The translations under genes and the position numbers were made by a program. Of a DNA stretch of 64,000 bases, positions 1 to 64,000 are shown piece by piece. The notes under the pieces are model-generated. The model saw only the letters and a list, made by a program, of their open reading frames with translations. It was not told the DNA's origin and did no database searches. Source of the stretch: Chrysomallon squamiferum (taxonomy: Eukaryota > Animalia > Mollusca). Every line of letters starts with the position of its first letter. The stretch's first letter is position 1. The stretch spans positions 15,314,001 through 15,378,000 of the forward strand of contig CM022676.1 in NCBI GenBank assembly GCA_012295275.1. The letters run 5' to 3'.

Positions 1-158
1 GTATTGTTTTAGATTAACGTTCTACCAGTACAGGGACATAGTGTTAGAATCTTGGTCATACATCATTTTAATTTATTGGAACGTTTTTCAGAACATTTAT
101 AGGACGGGATTCAACATGAATATGGCCTTTATTGACAATGTTACATGATTCGATCCTA

Positions 159-160
<2 letters not shown>

Positions 161-203
<43 letters not shown>
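161..203. repeat. (AT)n microsatellite
   Basis: Direct reading. Confidence 0.95.
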
Positions 204-210
<7 letters not shown>

Positions 211-342
211 GACGGGCCGAAAATATCAACGTTTTTGTTACGTACATATATATATATGTATATATATATGTATGGATATAATTAATTTTGTATTTATTTG
301 ATGTATTTTAGAGCATTTATATATAAACTGATTCAATATTGG

Positions 343-373
<31 letters not shown>

Positions 374-1999
374 CACTATGTATATAATTAATATATATAT
401 ATATTTTTTTATTATATATTTATTTATTTATATATTTATAAAACAAGAAAGAAGGATATATATGGATAACAAACGTATAGACTTTGCCTTTATGCGAGAT
501 TGATATGAATCACTTTTAAACTGCTACACTGAAAGGTTTTCTTCACTTTTCTTAGTAATAACATTTTGTAGGTGAACACATTTTATTTGTTTATGTATTT
601 TTATTGTTTCTTTATGCATGTCATACGTTTCCTGCCATTTACTAACAACAGAAGTGCTTTAAAACACCAGCGCTGTGGTAAACTACTTAGTCAACATATT
701 ATAAAATATGAATCAGGATCCAAATTAACGTAGTTGCGTTTGACAGAGACAAACTCATCTGTTCATTTTTAGATAAGAAACGTCTTTCTAACCATCGTAC
801 AAACGTAAGCCTTTATACATGTTTTAAAAGAATAAACCGTAGCACAGTTCGAAGGATATCTTCTTGTTTGAATGTCTGTGTATTTATTTTATTTACAACT
901 CGAGCTCAATAAGACATAGAATTGTGTTCTAAGATAAAGATCGTTAATTGAATAATAGTTAAAACTGCATCAACAAATCACAGTGTGTCGAACGGTATTG
1001 GTATGAGAAGCTGAATTCTAAAATATAGTTAATGCTATTTACTCTCGGATTTTTCTTATTTTAGATTTAGATGGGCATGTCTCCCAGCTTTTCAGACCCT
1101 GCTATCTTCAGTCCCACGTGACCTTGAAATGACCTCAGATTAAAATTAAATTGTAAAATATTATGTACAAAATAATTAACAAATAGCAGTAAAACAGGAG
1201 TTTTGTAGTAAAGCACACTTAAAGGGCACAGGCTGACCACAAAATGTCCATTTTGATACTTTTAGTGATTTAATGGAAATACGTGCTCGAGATTGCAATA
1301 GTCTTTGACAGCTTATTAAAAATCGAAAGTTGTGAAGTTAAAACTTTGTTTTGTGTTTTGGGGGGAATTTGACACGTGAATGAACCTGAGCGATATTTTA
1401 ATATAATTTGAAATCTTCTTAGTTCTTTATTCTTGGGATTATAACAATCTGTCGTTTAGTTGTACCTTTCTTACTTCGTTATGATTGTACATATTAAATT
1501 ACATAGAAATAAAGGAAATTTCTAAATTATTAAACGCAACGTATCTTCAAAGAAATAAGGCGTGTCAGCATGTTTATTTACTCGTAACAAGCAACACTGT
1601 ATCTTCATAATTTTCATCTCACTTTCACTCCTATCAAGTGACACGTAAGAATCGAAGAAACGTGACTTGTAAGATAAATGATCTCGTCACGTTTTCACGA
1701 GCAGACGACTTTCGTTAACAAGAGAAATAACTCTGAAACACAAAAATACTTCAAACAGGAAGTTGTCATTTGAAAGCGTTCAACAGTAATAATTGGGATT
1801 TAATAGAATATAATTATATGACGTACCTCTCTTATTCTTTTCTTTCTTTAATACCATTATTGTTGGCGTTGCTGTTGTTGTTATTCTTGATGCTGTAGTG
1901 GTTCTTGCTGTTGATACAAAAATACTTGAAGGAGAAATTTTCCATTTGAAAACACTTTAACAATAATAGCTTAAAGGATTATAAGTATATGACGTACCA

Positions 2000-2023
2000 T
2001 TATTATTATTATTATTATATTTA

Positions 2024-2091
<68 letters not shown>
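2000..2091. repeat. (ATT)n microsatellite
   Basis: Direct reading. Confidence 0.95.
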
Positions 2092-4563
2092 TCTTCTTTT
2101 TACAATTTTTTCTACACTTATGAACAGACATTGTATGAACAATAATTTTTCAGGTCGTCGAAAATAACCTTTGTTATAATTTTACATAAATGTTATTTTG
2201 TGCCAAGTTATCGGATGACAATGGAGGATTTTCTGTTTTGCGTCCATTATACTTTAAACAAATTTTAATAATATTTTTGGGGGATTTGTGTTTTTAACCA
2301 TTAATAATTATAAGAGAAAAACAAATCAGGATATTTGAAGTATTAATAATTACTGTTAAAAATAAAAGTTTCTCTTGAGCAACTAACATGGTTTATTTTT
2401 CGATCTATATATCTATTAGGTGTTAAAATGTTAAAAAGTGTGGCCCAACCTGGCCTTCTTTTACATTTATTTTCGTGGACACGTTATTTGTTGAGGCTGA
2501 GATAAACTATCCCTGCAATTAATGTTCTTTTTTATGTCTGTCTGTTTATGAATTGTGAAATAGTTATATCTAGAATTATCTTACAGTTTGTATTGTTAGA
2601 TTGAGATAGCTGTCAAGTTACAAAACTGAACTAAATTGTAGTCAGTATGTCTGTGTGCGTGTGCGTGTGTGTGTGTTTGTACATAGCCAGAGAGAATGAC
2701 ATACATGGATAATAAACGTATCTGCTTTGCATATTGACATTCATGGCTTGTAAACTACAAAAGTGAAAGGTTTTCTTGCCTTTTCTTAGTGATAACACTT
2801 TGTAGGTAACTTATTTTATCATTCTTTTTTCTATTTATGTATACGTTCCATGTCACTAACGACAAAAATGCTTTCAAACAGCAGTGATGTTGCAAAACAA
2901 ACTTATTAAGCCTAATATGTATATAAAAATATTAATCAGGACCTAAATTAAAATAGTTGCGCTTTACCGAGACAAACTGATCTGTTTAGTTTTTTTTTAA
3001 ATAAGAAATGTCTTGCTTTCCAATTGTTTGTATTTATTTACTTGTTATACCCACTGTCATTTCAGGTTTGTCATAACGTTTTGGTATTTCTATATTCATA
3101 TAGTTATTAAGACTAAAATATTGAGTAATAATAAAAATAATAATATAATTACATACACAAAGTAACTTATCGATTAAATGTACTAGTCAACCTACGAACG
3201 TAAACTTTTATATTTGTTTTGAGAGAACAAATCGTAGCACAATTGCAAGAATATCTTCTTGTATGAATATATGTGTATTTTTAATCATTTTATTTAAAAT
3301 TCATTATCAGTGATATATAGAATTGTGTTCTAAAATGAGGATCGTGAATTGAATAGTGGTTAAAACTGCATCAACAAACAAATCAGTTTGGTATGTAGAA
3401 TTGTGTTTGCTCAAATCTTAAAATATTAGCTTAATATTATTCGCACTCGAATTTTTACATTTTGGCCCCAAATGGGCCTGCCCTATAGTTTTTCAGACCT
3501 GATATTTTGGTTATCAGTGGGTCGATTTTGATGAAACTATTTCACTGAAAAAAAATATTTCTTAAGGATGCTTACAAGGTGCAACTAAATTTTGGTACAT
3601 TTTTCTCTTTTTGTTTCATCCTGAATTTGACTTTGTGACTTAACCTGACCTTCAAATGAGCTCAAATCAAAGTTGAATTCCTAAATGTTACCTTCAACAT
3701 ACAAAAATTCAAGAGGATGCTTTGTAGTAGAAAAGGGAGCAGAGTAGAAAAACACACTTAAAGTGGACATGATGACCACAAAATGTCCTTTTTTAACACT
3801 TTTATTGATTTAATGTAAACAAATGTTCTAGGCTGAAATGGAATGAATCTGATGGGTATTTTAGTACATTTTGAAATTTAAACTTTTTCTTTATTATAAA
3901 GATTATCAGATCTGATCCTTTAGCTCTACCTTACTTACTGGTTTATGATTGTACACATTAAATTATATTGAATAAAATAAAATGTATAGCATCTGAAAAT
4001 ACAACGAACCATCAAACAAATATAAATTATCAGTATGTTTATTTATCCGCAACAAGTAGCACGGTTTCTTTATAATTTGTATCTGAGTTTCACCAATGAA
4101 GTGATACCTAAGAACCGAAGAAACGTGACTTGTAAGATAAATGACTTCAGTAACGTTTTCACGAGCAGACGATTTTTTTAACAAGAAAAATTACACTAAA
4201 ACACCAAACTACTTCAGAGAGGAAGTTATCACTTGAAAAGAGTTTCAACAATAATAAGACAGTTTTAAGATATTATAATAATATGACGTACCTATATCAT
4301 TATTTTCTTTCTTACTTATTATCATTGTTGTTATTCTTTGTGTTTCTGTTATTGGTGTTGTGGTGTTTATACCTGTTGATATAAGAAAACACTTCAAACA
4401 AAAATTTGTCTTTTGTAAACAGTTTAACAATAGTAAGAGGTATAAAGGATTAAGTTTTTAAGTGTGCGCTTTTTTTTTGTCCTGAAGCATGTTTGTATTT
4501 TCTTGTTTATCTCTATTTAAATATAGTTTGTGATATGTTGTAGTTTGTTGTTTCTTGTTTCAG

Positions 4564-49086
<44,523 letters not shown>

Positions 49087-49765
49087 TATATCTCTTTATT
49101 AATATGTTTACTTAAAACATCGAAACACCTTATTATGTCACTTTTATCACACACACACACACACAAACACACACAAATACACACCAATACACACCTATAC
49201 ACACATATATGCGCATATAGGATCAAATATTATCCCACCTATTCACCATTATTGAATTTTATTATTCAGCAAAGCTAGTTAAATATGTATGTTTTCATTT
49301 TCATACAAGAACGCCTTTAGAGCCATTTAAAAATATATACATATATATATGGGTTCGATACTTGTGTTATGTTTACATCAGGACAATATATGTAGTATAC
49401 AGTGTTTGTTGGTATATTTTATGTGCTACAATTACAGTCCAGTAAAATTGTGTCTAACTGTGTCTATTATGATTCTGCTTAAAATATATCTAATAGAATT
49501 CTGATTAAGTATGTCTAGTAAGATTCTCATTAAACAAAGTCTAGTAAGAAAAATGTGTGGCGTTGAATTTTTGTGCGGACACATTCACTAATGTCTCTGA
49601 CTTGATATCTTCTTGAGGACAGTAAATTATAATGATGATGAGTTACTATCGCACAGAACAATACTTTTTAAAAAAGAGACTTGATTATTATCCACCGAAC
49701 ATAATGCAGTCCAGCAAACATGTTTATAGTTTTATTGTTTGTCGTCATAGCAAAATACAATTGAA

Positions 49766-49802
49766 AATAAATAAAATAGCATACAATAAAATAAAAATAA
49801 AA
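49766..49802 (+). terminator. Candidate polyadenylation signals
   Basis: Cluster of AATAAA hexamers ~700 nt after the stop; such hexamers are common in AT-rich DNA. Confidence 0.35.
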
Positions 49803-50234
49803 ACTCAGTGATGAGTATTATAACAGAGTTCCTTTCTTTACTTACTACAAGAGTTATGTAACGACATCTCACCTAAATGTGCCTGTAAGAGCAACATGTC
49901 CTAAACATTTCTACAACAATCAAATTTACAAAATGTTCTGTCCTTCTTAATCCAGTTGTGCTTCTCGCATGACTATCGTCTTCAAGTCGATGCTATTTAA
50001 ATATCACCTCATCTACCGGACGTCAAAACAATCAACTAAACACTGAATTACATCCGAAATTACTATAACCTTAGACAGTCTTAACATTTCTGTAAACATG
50101 ACTGTAACATGTTGTAGCTGTCAAATCACTGGTGAAAACAGGTCGATACAGTGATACTCAATTAGTTTAGTATAATCAGTTATATGTTACACGTATGCTA
50201 CATTTCTCTACATAATAATCTACAACTTCATCAT

Positions 50235-50695
50235 TTAAAAGATAAATAAACGTTTTATTAGAAATACGCAGTGAACCTTTAAACAAGGATGTATTTTTAG
50301 AATATATACAGGATAAGTTTAAACAAAAACGTATAAGTAGAAAATATATGAAATAACTTTAAATAAAAGCGTTATTTAATATTAATGAAATATTATAAGA
50401 GAATATACAGGATAAATTTAAATAAAACACGTATTATTAAAAATATCGGTTAAGACTTTAAACAAAAGCGTCTTATTAGAACCCCCCAAAAAACACCAAA
50501 ATGACTTTGAACAAAACAGGTATTATTACAAAACATAAAGGATCAATTTAAAAATACGTATTATTAGAAAATGTACAGTTTAACTTTGAGCAAAAACTTA
50601 TTTTTAGAAACATACAGTGAAACTTAAACAAAAATGTAGAATTGTATGTGGTAACTTTAAACAAAAATGTATTGTTAGAAATAGGCAACTTTATT
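50235..50695. repeat. Degenerate minisatellite, ~39-bp unit
   Basis: About a dozen recurrences of TTTAAACAAAAACGTATTATTAGAAAATATACAGGATAA-like units. Confidence 0.75.
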
Positions 50696-51615
50696 TCGTG
50701 AAGTAACTAAAACTCGTTAATAACACACTGAAACAATAAAACAAGAAACCATACTTTTATTTTATCCTTGATTATAATATTAACGGATGGATGTATGCGT
50801 ATGTATGTACATACGCATGTGTAAACATAAATACATACACACACACGATCACACCCACTCCCACCCAACCACACACTATATATTAAATCTTTGTTTCGTT
50901 AGATGCATTTCTATTACGTATATTAACTACAAATATTTTATTAACGGATTAATATATATACTTCAAGTTCTCTTTGACAATCAGTAATACCAATTTACAG
51001 GAAAGTACCCGATGACGAACTTTTAAAGGGAGTTTTTAAATTGTAAAGTTCCGTTAATTTGTGGTGAAGATACAGTGAGTTCAGTGTGACAAGCTAAATC
51101 AGCTTTCAATTTTTTCCTCTCCGGTTGCTTCTATTTTTCTTTCGATTCCGCTGTTTTCACCGACGTGCGCAGAAATGTTCTATGTTCTGGCTTGGAAAGT
51201 GTGTGTGTGGCATGGTGTGTGCGTGTGTGCGTATTTAGTCAGTCTCGCAATCACATCTATAAATGCACACACACGCATATAGACACATATTTACCGTTTG
51301 TGTTATGATTGTGTGCGTGTAAGTTTCTGAGTATTTACAGGTTTCATTGCCAGACTGATATATTCACATACATATATGGATTGCATAAAAACAATAGACA
51401 TACATATGTGTGTTTGTGTCTATGTATGTGTATATAAATTCAATAATTATATTAATGTTTAAATTTGATTTGTATAAATTAAATTGTTAATACAATATCT
51501 ATAGTTTAAGATATATCAAATTTTATATAGAATTGTTACAGCCATTTATTGTTTTATCAGTGTATAAATTTACAGGTCAAGAACTCTCCATAACAGATAT
51601 TTACCTTTGTATAGG

Positions 51616-51657
<42 letters not shown>

Positions 51658-52804
51658 TTTACTGCAGTCGATTATGCGCACCTGCGTGTGTTTGTGCTAT
51701 ATTACTATTAGATTCTCCAAAGCATTTCCATTTATGGTCCTCTATTTTTAGTGAGTTTTGTATTCGAGGTCGAATCTGAATAAAAATTCTATGAATGGAA
51801 CATTTGAAGTTTTTTCTTTGTGCTAGTTGTACGAAACTTACCTCGTATTGTGAAAGAAGAAGCATTTACTATCAGTAAAACGTTTATAGATCTTTTATCT
51901 CTCTTTCTGAAAGCAAAAACGTCTATATTGGACATTACAAATGATATTAAGCGACAGAAATTTTGTTTTGTCTGGTTTATGTGCAGCGTGTGAAAGGTTT
52001 ATCGCGAACGTTGGTCACTACAAATAAACAAAACAAAACAAAAATTATGTCGTGTAATGTCATTTATAATATCCAATATAAACGTCTTTGTTTCCAGAAA
52101 TCTGGAGAAAAGGTTTATGAAGAACTTCTGTAGCAGCAGACACGTTTCAAAACTAACAGCTGTGTTTCGTCTCTTAAAGCACAGAGAAAGGGAAGATTTA
52201 ACCCTCTGTCTGAGAGAGAAGTCAACAGCGTGTTTATTCCGAACCACGCGGAGTCTTACAATACGACTGATGAAATCGATTCTCCTCAGCCAGAACCTCC
52301 TCAATTCTGTTACACCTCCCCAAAACACCCCCTGTAAATACGCAAACCTATACTTTTAAATAGAATTTAAAATATACCATCAGAAATGTTCGATAACCGT
52401 GAACACGATAACAGTAAATATACATGGTTCATGTAACTACTGTTATAAAAATATGGTATACAAAATGTCAGAGGTCACTTACAGACATATAAAATGTATA
52501 TATATGTCATATCACACACCGGCGTCACCCTTCACCAAACACGTTTCAAGAACAACAACTACAACAACAATAATAATCAATTGATTTCTTCTTTGTTTAT
52601 GTCCTTAGTAATGCGGTCGTACCCTCACAGTTTAAGAAAAAACATAATAAACAAATTAAATAGAACAGAACAAAATGTGTGTTTAATTGATTTTGAAAAA
52701 GTCAACATACCCAGACCGAACATTTGCAGTCTGCTTGAGCCGATGTTTTTCTTTACGTGGAACACACACTGACTTTATTTTTTTTTTTGATGTAAACACT
52801 AACG

Positions 52805-52815
52805 TTTCCCGGAAA
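52805..52815. promoter_or_regulatory. Candidate STAT (GAS) site TTTCCCGGAAA
   Basis: Exact match to the TTCCCGGAA consensus; function unproven. Confidence 0.3.
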
Positions 52816-53272
52816 TTTGTCGTTACGTCTAGTTTCAGTTTAGCTTACCGTATACACCACAATATAGGAAAAAGAGAAATGTAGAAACGTTTCTTCGATA
52901 AAATACAAATACCTACAGTCATACACATATACATACGCATATAAAAACGCATGCAGAGAAACATAAACGCACACACACAGTGACACGCACAAAAATATTC
53001 TTACAAAGACATCAACACACATAATTCAGTCGAAAGGAAGCGGCTAGCGTAGGTGAAAATAATAACTTTATAATTTTCTGTATTTCAGAATTTTGTACTT
53101 AAATATTCTCAAGATATTTTGTCAGCATTGTTTTCTTTAAAACATTTATTTTTAATTTTTTTATTTTTGTTTTTAAAGTCGCGTTCTGTTAAAATTTAAA
53201 CTCAGAACTTATTTTCTCATATTTACGGTGTTTGATTCATGAACTCTAAACGCGTTTCTATAATTATTATTA

Positions 53273-53304
<32 letters not shown>

Positions 53305-54399
53305 TTATTTTAATTTTATTTTTTTTTTTTTTTTTTTTAGTTTTTGCATTTGTTCATTAAATAATTATATACTATAAAGAAAATCAATGTCTGTTATGGA
53401 ATAACTTTTACGAAATACAGCTTGCTTTTGTAAAAGCAGGTTTGTTTTATCTGTACTTATTTGATTCAGAATTCATTATAGATTCAAATAATTTACCTCA
53501 AGAGATTGATAATGTAACAGGTGACTTCTGGCACTTTTATTCTTATATACTGGTTTCATGAGTCCCATCAACCAACTAGATGTTACAGTTGATGTTTGAA
53601 GAATAACCTACAACAATAGAACATATAAAGGTAATATAATATTAAGAGTATATATTAATATATTCATCAGTAATAAAGTCTTCTCCGCCTGGTTGATCAC
53701 TGTTAACTGCTCTAGATACTGCGTCGGCTGAAAAAGGGTTGTTCAAAATATCATTAGTGCTTTCCTGGCTTTGAGTGCGCAATTTTCATGAACGCTACAA
53801 TTAAAGGTTGTGAAAAAACAAATCAATTAACACATGTTCTTCTGATAGTCAGTGTTTATTGCTGTTAAGAGCTGACCAGTACTTTATTGGATTTGACGTT
53901 TTTATCATTTTTATTTTACGTTTAATATATATTTTATGTTCCCTAATTGATCTATTTAGTGTTTGTTTGAATTGATTCTCTTTGTACTTCAAGTTAGTTT
54001 TCAGTATACATCCACCATATTGTTTATATCTTTGTCTTTCTTCCCTGACATCTTTTGTGGCAGTTTTGCAAGCTCTGTTAAAACAGGCCTGATTATAATG
54101 ATGATTAATGTAATATAGGTTGGTTTCTTTCCAAACCTCTCTTTAGCTGCAGTTATAAAGATTACATTTATATATGAGACTATATTAGTAAAACAAATCA
54201 GAATCAACGTCCGCAGATATGCAATTTTGTAAGTTTTGTGATATTTCATTTAATAAACGCTTCTGCTTTTTAAAGTTATCATATTGCTTTTAATCATTAA
54301 ACGATTTCGCTGAGACTTCCTCACAGCTTAGGTGTATGAATTACAGTGTTTTCTGGATTTATATGTGTATTTAGTTTGGCCTACTGACATTTAACGACA

Positions 54400-64000
<9,601 letters not shown>

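Noticed and set aside
50235-50695. CRISPR-like spacing of repeats
   Set aside because: Degenerate contiguous units with no unique spacers, no cas genes, eukaryotic context; it is a minisatellite.
51175-51240. Possible signal-peptide exon MFYVLAWKVCVAWCVRVCVF|GTCAGT
   Set aside because: Hydrophobicity comes mostly from a (GT)n-like run; no partner exon found.

Overview
AT-rich, microsatellite-rich, intron-containing animal DNA, not prokaryotic. The domain style suggests an invertebrate, probably a mollusc (inference). Most of the supplied ORF track is low-complexity noise. Manual splicing reconstructs one large + strand gene (~4.56-49.09 kb; first/signal-peptide exon not found) encoding a type-I membrane receptor of about 1,760 aa. 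It has 13 group-A SRCR domains, arranged as four tandem copies of a 3-domain cassette plus a 13th, each split into a 145-nt exon and a ~176-nt exon. These are followed by 2 Ig-like domains, 1 FN3 domain, a TM helix and a short tail with an ITAM-like YDNL-x12-YEVL motif. Notable details: amino-acid-changing divergence between recent duplicates, an inverted frameshifted exon copy in an intron, intronic ghost copies of the variable segment, a +1 frameshift in SRCR11, a candidate secreted-form terminal exon, and a decayed Gmr1-like Gypsy retrotransposon (integrase before RT) in one intron. Both flanks (0.4-15 kb and 54-64 kb) share a complex mosaic repeat. All coordinates were read by eye; no alignments or database searches were run.
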